A stretch of 64,000 nucleotides of DNA, taken from contig OY762069.1 in assembly GCA_963665095.1 (NCBI GenBank), positions 1,568,001 through 1,632,000 on the forward strand, in the 5' to 3' direction. Positions 38,016 through 49,000 of this stretch are shown piece after piece; the first letter of the stretch is position 1, and each line of letters opens with the position of its first letter. Made by a program: the position numbers and the translations under genes. Below the pieces are notes generated by a model, which made no database searches, was not told where the DNA came from, and saw nothing but the letters and a program-made list of their open reading frames with translations. The DNA is from an uncultured Desulfobacter sp. GTDB taxonomy: Bacteria > Desulfobacterota > Desulfobacteria > Desulfobacterales > Desulfobacteraceae.

Positions 38016-40919
38016 TTAAAACCGATTCTCATGAACACGGTCAAGCAGACTTCGTACGGACTGGATCATCTGTCTGACATCAATGGGCTTTACAAGTTTG
38101 CCTGTTATGTCCTCTTCTCCGGGAATGTCAGGAATTTTTTTACCACTAAATCCGGTACAAAATAGAATAGGCAGTTCCTTACGAATACCCCGAAGTTGTT
38201 CGGCCAGGGCAGCCCCTGACAGGCCGGGCATGGTAAGATCAGTAATCACCAGATGAAAATCCTCAGGAGACTGTCTGAACGTATCCAGCGCCTCATAGCC
38301 ATTGTTCATGCCGGTTACCCGGTATCCGAAACGCTCCAGCATGGCCTTTTCAATCACCATGACATCGGGCTCATCATCCACAACAAGGATGTGCTCATCC
38401 CCCCCTGACAGATCCGGAACCTCACTGCCTTTCCCGGTCTCCTTCTCCTCATCAGAAGCCACCCCATTCTCCAGCACGGGCAAATATACCCTGAAGGTGG
38501 TTCCATGCCCCGGTCGGGTGGTTACATTTACAGCGCCTCCCATCTGGCTGACGACCCCGTGTACCACTGCCAGCCCCATGCCGGTGCCCTTTCCCAGCTC
38601 TTTTGTGGTAAAATAAGGATCAAATATCTTTTCCTGCACCTGGGCAGACATGCCCACGCCGGTGTCAGTTACAGTCAACAGATTATATACCCCTTCGGAA
38701 ACGCTAAAAGATTCAGGAGATCCAGAGGTGATAGTTTTCTCCTCAAGGCATATGGTCATGATCCCTCCGGACTCTTCCATGGCATGAAAGGCATTGGTAG
38801 CCAGATTCATTATAATTTGATGGATCTGAACGGGGTCCGCCATAATTGGTTTGCAATGTGACGAAATGCGAATATCCATTTCAATGGTGGCAGGAATGGA
38901 CGCCCTCAAAAGATTCAGGGCTTCGTGAATGACATCCGGCACTTCCAAAAGCCGGGTCTCTCCCCTGTCCTGTCGGGAAAAGGCCAGAATCCGGCTGACA
39001 AGCTCTTTGGCACGTTTGGCTCCGGCATAAATTTTTTCCAGCCCCTTGCGCAACAGTCCCTGCTCCGGCGCATCCTGAAGCAGGATCTCGGTATATCCCA
39101 TAATCGGGAAAAGAATATTATTAAAATCATGGGCAATGCCGCCTGCCAATGTGCCAATGGACTCCATTTTCTGAGCATGAAGCAGTTGATTTTCCAGCTG
39201 TTTTACTTCTGTTATATCTCTGTATATGAACAACTTGAGCCTTTGGTCGTCGGACATGACAATGGATGAACAAGATATATTATAAAACCGGCCGTCAAGG
39301 GGACTTGAAATCTCTTTTGAATAGTCGTCCAGAAATGTTTCATCCTGCCAGCCGCACCAGGGGCAGATATCATCCAGCCCATGGATGGTCCGGTAACATT
39401 TGTGCCCTGTGACATCGGTGCAGGTTCTTTCAATCATGGCAGGATTCATATAAATTACGGTATAATCGGGAGAACAGATATACACCGGGTCTTTCATGGT
39501 CTCCATCATGGAGCGGTATTTTTCCTCACTCTGCCTTAACGCCTTTTCCACGGCTTTGCGCTGGGTAATGTCCCTGACATAAAGCAGGTACATCTGATTT
39601 TCAGGGACCTCAATACGTCCGTCAAACCGGTCATAGATACTTGTCTTGATCAGTGACAGCTTCACTTCAGCGGGCATCAGGCTTTTATCTTTACGCTGGT
39701 AGGTGCGGTACACGGTAACAGTTTGTTCACTGATCAGGCGGTTGTACAGCACGTCACCGTCATTATCATGGACAAGGTTTACATCTATTTGATCTGCTGT
39801 TTTTGAAAGCAGCTCCTCTCTGGTATATCCGAGCATCCGGCAGGCCTCGGTATTGATATCAATAAACCTGCCATCCAAACCTAAAATGGCTATGGCATCT
39901 GCCGCATTGAAAAATATATTCCAATACCGTTCCCGTGCCCGGGAAAGGCTTTGGGCAAGATTTTTCATCCCAAGGGAGAGATCTCCGATTTCATCATTTG
40001 ATGGCGGGGGAAAGTCATATTCAAAATTTTCAGACTTAATGGCCTGAATTGCATTTTTCTGTGATTCAAGAAACCGGTTAAAATATCTTGAGATAACCAG
40101 CCACAGCCCAAGATTTATTAAGACCGCGAAGAGGCTGACAATAATCACCATTGATTTATACTCGGCCTGACGGGTTGCATTTTCTTCCTGAATTACCCTG
40201 ATACCGTCGTTAATCAATACAAAAAACCGGTGGGAACTATTCTTAAGAAACTGCTCCTGATATCTCAGAGAAAAATGCAGTACCAGATCATCTTCAATAT
40301 TGTGGATCAAATCACGAACGGCACTGTTTATAGCCGGATCTTTAGTGATCTCGGCAATTGTCTTTTGGGTCTGCATCAGCCCTGGATACTGATCAAGATC
40401 ATGGTGTTCAAAGGAATGCGTGACCTGTACCCACAGCGTGTTTATAACTTGATAAAACTGTTTATGATCAATATCAGACAATACGTCTGCCTGTTTGGCA
40501 ATAACTGAAAGTATGCTGTAATTTTCCTCTGGTATCTGGCGGTGCCGGTCGTACTGTTCCAGCAGATATATAAAACTTTTTTGGAAGCTGTTAAATACAT
40601 GGGGTAATTCCTCGAAGCGCCTGGCGATCTTGAACGAATGGATATAACTGAAATCGGGAATATTTTTTATTTGGGCCTTCACGTGTTCAAGCTCATCAAG
40701 AATATCTTTTTCCATGGCAGGTGTGTGGTTTAAGAACACTTGGGCCGACATCACATTAAGTCTTTCCAGATGCAGTGAAAAATCTTTAAGCGCCATAATA
40801 CGGGCAGCTGACTTTATACTGGCGTCATAACTGAAAAAAGAGGTGACACTAAGACCAATGGTAATTACAGTCAAGGTGGAAAACAAAAAAAATACTTTTA
40901 CAGAAAGGCTAATTCTCAT
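38016..40919 (-). CDS. Membrane-bound hybrid histidine kinase (periplasmic domain, HAMP, 2 PAS, receiver)
   Basis: Two TMs, DEIG.L, PAS, GGIAHDFNN, DTGVG, FDPYFTTK, GTGMGL, VVDDE receiver. Confidence 0.93.
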   Translation of the reverse strand: MRISLSVKVFFLFSTLTVITIGLSVTSFFSYDASIKSAARIMALKDFSLHLERLNVMSAQVFLNHTPAMEKDILDELEHVKAQIKNIPDFSYIHSFKIARRFEELPHVFNSFQKSFIYLLEQYDRHRQIPEENYSILSVIAKQADVLSDIDHKQFYQVINTLWVQVTHSFEHHDLDQYPGLMQTQKTIAEITKDPAINSAVRDLIHNIEDDLVLHFSLRYQEQFLKNSSHRFFVLINDGIRVIQEENATRQAEYKSMVIIVSLFAVLINLGLWLVISRYFNRFLESQKNAIQAIKSENFEYDFPPPSNDEIGDLSLGMKNLAQSLSRARERYWNIFFNAADAIAILGLDGRFIDINTEACRMLGYTREELLSKTADQIDVNLVHDNDGDVLYNRLISEQTVTVYRTYQRKDKSLMPAEVKLSLIKTSIYDRFDGRIEVPENQMYLLYVRDITQRKAVEKALRQSEEKYRSMMETMKDPVYICSPDYTVIYMNPAMIERTCTDVTGHKCYRTIHGLDDICPWCGWQDETFLDDYSKEISSPLDGRFYNISCSSIVMSDDQRLKLFIYRDITEVKQLENQLLHAQKMESIGTLAGGIAHDFNNILFPIMGYTEILLQDAPEQGLLRKGLEKIYAGAKRAKELVSRILAFSRQDRGETRLLEVPDVIHEALNLLRASIPATIEMDIRISSHCKPIMADPVQIHQIIMNLATNAFHAMEESGGIMTICLEEKTITSGSPESFSVSEGVYNLLTVTDTGVGMSAQVQEKIFDPYFTTKELGKGTGMGLAVVHGVVSQMGGAVNVTTRPGHGTTFRVYLPVLENGVASDEEKETGKGSEVPDLSGGDEHILVVDDEPDVMVIEKAMLERFGYRVTGMNNGYEALDTFRQSPEDFHLVITDLTMPGLSGAALAEQLRGIRKELPILFCTGFSGKKIPDIPGEEDITGKLVKPIDVRQMIQSVRSLLDRVHENRF

Positions 40920-42058
40920 GGCACGGTATTCTTGTCATCTGTAAATATACGATCTTCATATATCAGCTGTTCAAGGGTATGCGCCTCGTACGCCTGTTTT
41001 ACCCGGCCGGTAAGCCGCCCCTGTTCAATCATGGATTTTACCCAGAAATCCACGCCTCTATTCCATTGCACATCCGTTTCATTGTGAAATCGTATCAAGG
41101 GCAAGGATTTGTGTTCTACATCCATCGGAATACGTAACCAGCCGGCAACCTGCCGGGCACTTTTTTCCGGATATTGCCGGATAAACAGGTTGGCATTTTT
41201 CATCAGTTTCAGAAAAATTTCAGTTTCACGGGGATGTTGACTGACAAACAACTCATTTGCGGCCAGGACACAACAGGGATATCCTTTATGACTGCCTTTA
41301 GGGGGCAAATCTTTAAGACGGGCAATGGTCTTTCCCACACCTTTTGATTCAGCCAGGACAGGATACGGCTGCATGACCACAAATCCATCTATAAAACTGT
41401 TTTCCATTGCCGGTATCAGGTTGCGGGCACCGTAAAGATTAATGAGAACAATTTGAGCGTCTGTGTCATGAATATTTTTAGACCATTTGATATTACAGGC
41501 AGTCAGGGCGGTTTCGAATATCAGATTTTGAACAGAAACAGACCCTTTGTATCCAATCCTCAAAGGCCTGGTTCGACAACTGACCATATCTCCGAACGAG
41601 TCCCAGTCATGGGCCGGCAAAGCATTTGACACAACCAGCCCAGCGCCTTCGGACATCACCGGTGCTAAAATTTTTATAGGGGCTCCCTGGTCAATAAAAT
41701 GAAGAAGAGCAGGCATGCCGCCAAAGGAGATATCAGTATAGTGTTCATAAAGCTTGCGAATCAATTCGCCGCCCCCAAGTCCCGGTTCAATCACAACCTT
41801 TGCAACGTCCCTGTTATCTTTGATTAAGATATATTCCATGGGCAGATCAGTGGCTTTAAGATAAATGCCACCGTTCTGCATGAAGTAATCCGGATTCAGG
41901 GCCGCCACAAACAAAGGGGCATGATGATCATGCATGGCATGACCAACTTTTAAAACCGCCAGCTCATTGATCTGGGGTTTACAGGAAAGGCAGGAAAGGG
42001 CCAGGCTCCATCCTGCCAACATAAATACTGTTCTAAAAGGAATAGAAAATTTTCCCAC
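40916..42058 (-). CDS. NitT/TauT (SsuA/NMT1-like) substrate-binding lipoprotein
   Basis: Signal peptide with Cys, HDHHAPLFVAA, EGAGLVV, SVQNLIF, YPCCVLA; overlaps the kinase start (ATGA). Confidence 0.8.
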   Translation of the reverse strand: MGKFSIPFRTVFMLAGWSLALSCLSCKPQINELAVLKVGHAMHDHHAPLFVAALNPDYFMQNGGIYLKATDLPMEYILIKDNRDVAKVVIEPGLGGGELIRKLYEHYTDISFGGMPALLHFIDQGAPIKILAPVMSEGAGLVVSNALPAHDWDSFGDMVSCRTRPLRIGYKGSVSVQNLIFETALTACNIKWSKNIHDTDAQIVLINLYGARNLIPAMENSFIDGFVVMQPYPVLAESKGVGKTIARLKDLPPKGSHKGYPCCVLAANELFVSQHPRETEIFLKLMKNANLFIRQYPEKSARQVAGWLRIPMDVEHKSLPLIRFHNETDVQWNRGVDFWVKSMIEQGRLTGRVKQAYEAHTLEQLIYEDRIFTDDKNTVP

Positions 42059-42240
42059 GGTATCGCAGTCTCAACTTTTACCTGGATTTCGTCATGATGT
42101 TAAGAATTACCTGACCGACAAGGCCAGTTACAATCATTTTGCCAACTTAAGTACTAATACCTATAAGCCATTTAATAGGTATTATCAATTCCTTTTAAAA
42201 ACGAGGCAGGGTAAAAGAGTGTTTTTACTACTGCTTATGA

Positions 42241-43113
42241 TCAGTTCCGCTGGGTCAACTGAGATAAAAGCATGCCGGCAAGGATCAGAATACATCCGGC
42301 AATGCCGCGGCCGGACAAAATCTCTCCTAAAAGCAGGCATCCTCCCACCGCAGCAAAAACAGACTCAAGACTGAAAATAACTGCCGCATGAGAAGCAGGG
42401 GTATTTTTCTGGGCATAGACCTGGAGCGAATAGGCAATCCCCACGGACATAAAGCCACCGTATGCAAGGGGAATGGTTGCGGCCTGGATGTCAGGAAACG
42501 TGGTGTGCTCCGTGAATGCGGAAACAATCATGCTGAGCACAGCACAGACAAAAAACTGAGTAAATGAGAGAAATACCGATGGAAACCGGTTAACAAAATG
42601 CCCGACGATCAGAAGGTGACCGGCAAATCCAAATGCGCAGGCCAGGACCAGAAGATCGCCCGGACCAATGTGAAGATCCTGTTTAACGCTGAGCAGAAAT
42701 ATCCCGGCCAGGGCCAGCAAGGCACTGATCCAGGTGGCAAGATTAATTTTTTCCTGATGCAGAAACAGATTGAAAAAAGGCACCAGCACCACGTATATAC
42801 CTGTAATAAATCCAGCTTTGCCGGCTGTGGTATACAGCAATCCCACCTGTTGAAAATTGGCTGCAAAGAAAAGCACAATACCGCAGGCTGTCCCGGCAAT
42901 GGCCAGCCCTATATATGAGCGGACTTTCATTTTTTCTCTGTTAAGTATCAGTAACGGTATAAGGGCAAAACACCCTAAAAAAAAACGGATACCGCTATAG
43001 GCAAATGGCCCGAGATGATCCATGCCCACACGCTGGGCCACAAAGGCAAACCCCCAGATCATAGCGGTAATTACCAGCAGGGCATCTGATTTTAAAGTTG
43101 CACGTGATATCAT
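42241..43113 (-). CDS. DMT/EamA family transporter
   Basis: IWGFAFVAQ, GKAGFITG.YVV.VP, GD..VL.CA, LESVFAA. Confidence 0.92.
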   Translation of the reverse strand: MISRATLKSDALLVITAMIWGFAFVAQRVGMDHLGPFAYSGIRFFLGCFALIPLLILNREKMKVRSYIGLAIAGTACGIVLFFAANFQQVGLLYTTAGKAGFITGIYVVLVPFFNLFLHQEKINLATWISALLALAGIFLLSVKQDLHIGPGDLLVLACAFGFAGHLLIVGHFVNRFPSVFLSFTQFFVCAVLSMIVSAFTEHTTFPDIQAATIPLAYGGFMSVGIAYSLQVYAQKNTPASHAAVIFSLESVFAAVGGCLLLGEILSGRGIAGCILILAGMLLSQLTQRN

Positions 43114-43361
43114 TAAGGTTATCCTAAATTTTTACAGATCAATGCTTACATGCACAGCAGATACTGAGTTATCTGATAATGCCAAAAATATCAGATATTA
43201 CAGGCTCATTGTTGCAGACATGGTGGCCCATTCTTTTATCCTATGATCCAGGATCCGGTCAAGACAATTTGACACCGGTTGACAAGGCCACCTGTTTACT
43301 ATAGCCTTCTGCGGGCCTGGCCAGAAGAACGGTATCTTTATTTATTTGGAAGCAAATTTAC

Positions 43362-44075
43362 ATGATTATCAGTTTTATCCTTTGCATGGCAGCCTTTGCT
43401 TTCAGTTTTGCAGGATTTGGTTATGGCCTGATCGCCGTCCCGCTTCTGGCATTGATTGTCCCTGTAAAAACAGCCGTGGCCATTCAATTTCCCTTTTCAG
43501 TGCTTCTGGTACTGATGAATACCTGCCGGTATGGACGACAACTTCAATGGCAGGATTTAAAACCGCTTTTCATAGGAGCTGCCATTGCCATTCCCCTTGG
43601 CGCACTATCTTTGCACTGGTTTCCTGAACTTGTGATGAAGCGAACGCTTGCTATATTTATTGTGCTGACGGTGATAAGCAGACGGGTGGCTTTTAAAACG
43701 GAAATACTGCACCGTATTACCGGGACTTTTCAGGGTGGTATGTTCCTGGGATTTATCAGCGGATGGTTTACAGGTGCCTATACAACAGGGGGTCCACCAG
43801 CGGTGATTTATGCCACAGGCAGATTCCCGGATATGGATAAAGCCAAAGGGGTGATGGGTGTCTATTTTCTGATTTCCGATCTCATGATTATGGGCCTGTT
43901 CTTATTCACAGGGGTGATTACCGCTGACACCCTGAAACAATCGTTCCTGTACACTCCGGCCGTACTCATTGGTCTTTTTGCAGGCCTGCTCTCCCTGAAA
44001 CGTGTCAGCTACAAGGGATACATGGCCGGTGTTGACACGCTTCTGATCATCGCGGCAGCCATGCTGAGCGTATAG
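43362..44075 (+). CDS. TauE/SafE family sulfite exporter
   Basis: GFGYGLIAVP, G...G...TGGPP, multi-TM. Confidence 0.85.
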   Translation: MIISFILCMAAFAFSFAGFGYGLIAVPLLALIVPVKTAVAIQFPFSVLLVLMNTCRYGRQLQWQDLKPLFIGAAIAIPLGALSLHWFPELVMKRTLAIFIVLTVISRRVAFKTEILHRITGTFQGGMFLGFISGWFTGAYTTGGPPAVIYATGRFPDMDKAKGVMGVYFLISDLMIMGLFLFTGVITADTLKQSFLYTPAVLIGLFAGLLSLKRVSYKGYMAGVDTLLIIAAAMLSV

Positions 44076-46028
44076 TTACATATAGTCCACAAGGCTTAGC
44101 CCCATGACAATGGATGTAGAACTCAAAGCCGCTTCATAAACCGTCTGAGTGGAATTGAGCACCATAATGGCCTCCACAGTATCCGCATCCTCCACGGTTG
44201 ACAGTTGTGTTGTCAGGGTGGATTCCGAATCAGAGATGGTGGCTTCGGTAATTGTGGTGGTATCGTAGATGCTTCCAATGGAGGAGATACTGGAGGTAAT
44301 ACTTTCATAGTGATTTTCCAGCCGGGTCATGGCCCGCTGTATGCCGTCCACATCGTTGTTTTCCAAGGCTTCCTTGAGGTCAAAAATGGTATCCCAGATG
44401 CTCCAGGTGGTCTGTTCCCCCTCCACAGGGCCTGATGAGACATCCACACCGTTGAAACCAAGGTCTGAGGAGGCACTGGTGGCAGCATTGGTGCCGCTGG
44501 AAAAAAGCAGATCAAAGGATTCAAGCTGCCTGCCGGTGTCAACATCCTCGCTGATGGTAAAGGTGTTGCTGTTCTCGTCGTATTCAACCGAATAGTTGAC
44601 CCGGTTGCCGTTCTCAGCAGAGGCAGTTTCAAGGGCTTCTTCCACAGCTTCAGCGTAAGATTCCGGATCTGAATAACTGCCGGCCTCTATTACAGCGGTC
44701 AGTTGTACACTGGCATCGCCATCCAGAGTGGTTTCAGTGAAATCAATGGTGTCATTTTCCCCTGCCACCACTGAAAATGTCTCAGCCACTTCAACATCAC
44801 TGCTTACGGGTTCAAGGGTCACTGTTTCCGAATCAAACCCAAGATCTGCCAGAATACTGGCATTTTCATACCCTTCTACAATGTCAAAGGAGATAACAGT
44901 CCCCTCTTCCGGGATGTCGTTTAAATCAATGACAATATCCGTGTCCCCGTCATCATCCACATCAATTTCTATGGTGCTGCCACTGGCTTCAATTTCAGAA
45001 GGAAGACCATATCCGGGATCATTGGAGACTTCCCAGGTACCGTCTTCGGTATATGTCAGGGTCAGCGGATCCGAACCTTCCGGCTCCGGCGTATATTCGG
45101 TTAATGCTGTGGCATTGACAATTTCAATTTCCGCATCTTCAAAATCCTGGCCGGCTGATTCAAAATTTGAAATCCGCACCGTTTCAGTCTGAATAGCCTC
45201 AAAAGTAACGGTAGTTGTGGTATCACTGCCGTCAGTGCCAATGGAAAATGTGTTGGATGCTTCATCATATGCCACTTCATAGACAATACCGTACCCCTGT
45301 TCTTCCGACGCCTCATTCAGGGTATCTTCAACAACGGCAGCCAGTGCTTCCTTACTGTAGGTGCCGCTGGTCACGGTGGCTTCAAGGACAATGATGTTTT
45401 CTTCACCCGTTCCCGGATCTTCAGTGAATATAATCTGGTTATTGGTGGTATCTACAATGATTTCATCTTCATAAAACAGATCACATCCGCAGCAGGCAAG
45501 GGATACATCCGTATTTTCAGAAATACTGATATTTACCGCGTCACTGGTGCCGTTATAGCTGACACTGGTGGGATTATCGTCGTCGTCCGGAGTAAACGGG
45601 GCAGTTTGATTATCATCCCCTGCAAAAACATATCCGCCATAAGCGTCTGAGTTGGCAAGGTCCAGAAGGGTATCGAGGTAGACCAGCATGCTTTCAGCCG
45701 CATCCGTGCGTTCCTGGGTGCTGGATGAGGCATTGGCAAGGGAAGAACACAAAAGCTTCATTTCGGACAACTGATCTGCAATGGAGTCAAGGGCGGTTTC
45801 AGCTGTGGTCAGCACGGTCTGGGCCTGGTCAACATTGGTCTGATACTGGTCCAGGCTTGCCAGGGTGGAGTTGATGCTTAATACCTGGGTCATTCCGGAA
45901 GGATCATCTGATGCCGAATTGATCTTCAGGTTGGTGGAGACGGTCTCATTGGCCTCGCTGAGATCGGAAGTAAGCCTGCCAAGCTGATATGTGGCCTGTT
46001 TATATATGCTTATTGTGGGCACTCTCAT
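44076..46028 (-). CDS. flgL: Flagellar hook-associated protein 3 (FlgL), enlarged
   Basis: MRV.T, VST..KIN..SDDP, GGYVFAG, C-term DAD..EAI..L...QT.YEAAL...SL.DY. Confidence 0.92.
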   Translation of the reverse strand: MRVPTISIYKQATYQLGRLTSDLSEANETVSTNLKINSASDDPSGMTQVLSINSTLASLDQYQTNVDQAQTVLTTAETALDSIADQLSEMKLLCSSLANASSSTQERTDAAESMLVYLDTLLDLANSDAYGGYVFAGDDNQTAPFTPDDDDNPTSVSYNGTSDAVNISISENTDVSLACCGCDLFYEDEIIVDTTNNQIIFTEDPGTGEENIIVLEATVTSGTYSKEALAAVVEDTLNEASEEQGYGIVYEVAYDEASNTFSIGTDGSDTTTTVTFEAIQTETVRISNFESAGQDFEDAEIEIVNATALTEYTPEPEGSDPLTLTYTEDGTWEVSNDPGYGLPSEIEASGSTIEIDVDDDGDTDIVIDLNDIPEEGTVISFDIVEGYENASILADLGFDSETVTLEPVSSDVEVAETFSVVAGENDTIDFTETTLDGDASVQLTAVIEAGSYSDPESYAEAVEEALETASAENGNRVNYSVEYDENSNTFTISEDVDTGRQLESFDLLFSSGTNAATSASSDLGFNGVDVSSGPVEGEQTTWSIWDTIFDLKEALENNDVDGIQRAMTRLENHYESITSSISSIGSIYDTTTITEATISDSESTLTTQLSTVEDADTVEAIMVLNSTQTVYEAALSSTSIVMGLSLVDYM

Positions 46029-46098
46029 GAAGGATCTCCCCGAAATACTGTAATTACACAGTCCTTTAAAAAGCTGCTTTCAACAATTTTTATATGCG

Positions 46099-49000
46099 TC
46101 ACCGTATGGCCAAAAGGGCCTCAAACATCTCTTCCACAGTTGTCAGCAACTGGGCCGCGGCAAGATACGCCTGCTGCTGGGCTGTCAGGTTGATCATCTC
46201 CTCGTCCAGGGAGACCGCGGAAATAGAATCCCGCTGTGACGTGAGCTGGTAAACCAGCGTTTCTGCATACTCCAGTGCAGAGGAAATACTTGAAGCGGCA
46301 GAACCCACGGACGACACCAAAGAGGCCTGGTAATCGTCAAGGGTTGTCTGGGTTACAGTAACCGAAACCCCCTCCCCTCTGGTATAGGTGTACGCCTTCA
46401 TATCCAGGGTGGTATACCGGGTATCTGACATGGCCAGGGCATTGGTGTTATCACTAGCAGCAAGCGCCCCTGTTTCAGTATCCACCATGCCGGAGGCAAG
46501 ATAATCACCGTCCGACACCACCTCATTCACACTGATGGTGGCAGCATCCGTGCCGGTAAAAAAGGTATTCACACCCAGGGCTGCGGCAAGGCCGCAATCC
46601 CCGTCAACATCCCCTGCAAAGGCATAGGAAAGGTCATCGGCATCCTTTGACTCAAAATCGATACGGATATATCCATCCCCGGTAACTGCCTTGTCAAAGA
46701 TAATTTCAATATCACCGATGCCGTCACCGTCCAGATCAATTTCAAACCCGTCGTCATCCCCGCCCTCAGGAATGATGGTAATGGTGCCGCCGGTGGGATC
46801 ATTGGCCACATACCAGGTGCCGTTGCTGCGTACAAACTGCAGGTCTTCTGCCTCAATTGTAAGGGCATTGTAGTTTAATACCGTAATTTCAAAATTTTCT
46901 TCATCAATGTTGTCAGCCCCTGAACAGGAGACATTTTCTATGGCACAATAATCGTCACTGGTTTGAAAAACGAGTGTGTTGTCCCCGGTAACAGAAGTGG
47001 CCACCCCCCCGGCACTGCGGTTGAATTCCTCGGCAAAGGATTCAAGGGTCCAGTGCCAGTCAGACAGGGTTTCAACGGTATTTCCATCGGCATCAGTTAC
47101 AGCATCACCGTTCTCATCCGTAGTAATATAAAAAACATCTCCTTCCACCAGAGTCCCGGAATCAAAGGTCAGGGTCATGCCGTCCACGGCCACGGTTATC
47201 TGGGAATTTTCATCCTCGGTACCTTCCAGTTCAATGGCGCCTGATCCGGTTTCAGATGTCCACTCAATTACAATAACATCTTCATTATCCGGCAGGGTTC
47301 CTCCGGAAACAACCGTAAACTCATAGGTATCATCGACGCTTGCAGCCGTTCCTGTCACATAAACGTCAAGCAGATCCGCCTGCCCATCCTCATCCGTATT
47401 TATCCGCAGGGTATTTCCAGCCACCAGACTGCCTTCAGAAATGTCAAAGCTTAAGATAGTTTCCCCGTCTTCGGTTATTTCCACCACACCGGATTGGTCC
47501 ACTTCTATGTACCCGGATGTACCGGTACTGTTACCCGCCTCATCCAGCACTTCCCAATAGAGTATGGCAGCATCCCCATAGGTAACAGCCGTGGTTGAGT
47601 TTTTAGTATCGGAATTGGCCACCAGGGTATCATTTTCAGGTGTTTCACTTCCGCTGCCTGTTCCCGTGGTAACACTTAAGGTGCTGTTTCCGAGAGTGGA
47701 GCTGAAATCGGTAATTTCAACGGCATCATCTCCGGTCTTTACAATGGTGATCGAGGTGCCGTTTTTAATAATCTCATAGCTTTCTGAAGGTAACACAGCT
47801 GACAGGGCGTCGTACAAATCCTGGGCGTTGGACGCATCATCCAGGCCGTTAGTTACAGTGTAGGATATTGTGTAGTCATCCACGTCAAAGGAGATAACAG
47901 ACCCGGTATAAAACTGATTATCATCCCCGTCAAAGCCCAGTGTAATCATGCTTGAGCCTGAACCTGAACTGCCTGAGGCGCCGAAAAGTCCGGTGTCAGA
48001 CGTCTGGTCCGAGGAGATTTCCATCCCGGGATCCATCACAATGGTGACACTTCCGGTGATCACGGCAGCTGTATCATACCCGCTGTATGCATCCCCAACA
48101 ATGGCAGAAACACCGGTTTGGGAGCTGGTCTCACACCCGGATAAATATACGGTCAGGTAATCAGTGGAAACAGGGGCAGAATAGATAACCTCCGAGTCAT
48201 ATGGTGTACCAAATGTCAGGATGCCGTCACCTGAATCAGTTTGTGAGCCGGACAAGGGAGTAACTGCAATAGTGGCGTCATCACCTGAATCTGCATCAGC
48301 ATCAAGTATTGACATATAATTACTGGTGGTGCCATGCAAAATAACGGCATCGTTATCTGCATCATACTCTACGCTTAAAAGCCCATTGCCCTCCTCTTCC
48401 ACGGCAGCAGACATGGCATCATAAAACGCCAGTGAGACCGCTGCCTGATCAGAGGTATCAACATCGGTTAAATCCACCTCAACATCAATGTAGGTATCCA
48501 CCCCATCCACAGTTACCATCAGGCTGAAACCGACCGTATCGCCCTGGTTGAAATTCTGAAACGAACTGAGCTGATAGCCGGCCGTGTCCACCACTTCAAA
48601 ATCCTGGATACCAAGGGTGGCGCCTGAGGCGCTTTCAATGGTGGTGCCGTCCACTGCCAGATCCGTGTCCTGCCTGGTTTCATTGATGGATTGAGCTGCA
48701 GCTGCCAGAGCATCTTCAAACTGTTCTTCAAGGGTACCGGCGGAAGAATCCACCGTAAAACTGACGGTTTCTTCCACCCCGTCAACGTATAAAGTAAACT
48801 GAACCACATCACCGTCATCAGCATCACTTATCTTTGAAATGTCAAAATTAAGTTCCGTAGTTGAGGCATAAGCAGTAATACCGTCAATGTCGGACAATTC
48901 ATCTGCAATATCTGCAGCAGAGCGAACCGCGTCTGATCCGTCATCACCGATATCAAGTGTCCAGGTATCATTACCATTGGAAATGGTTAAGGTCTGTTCC

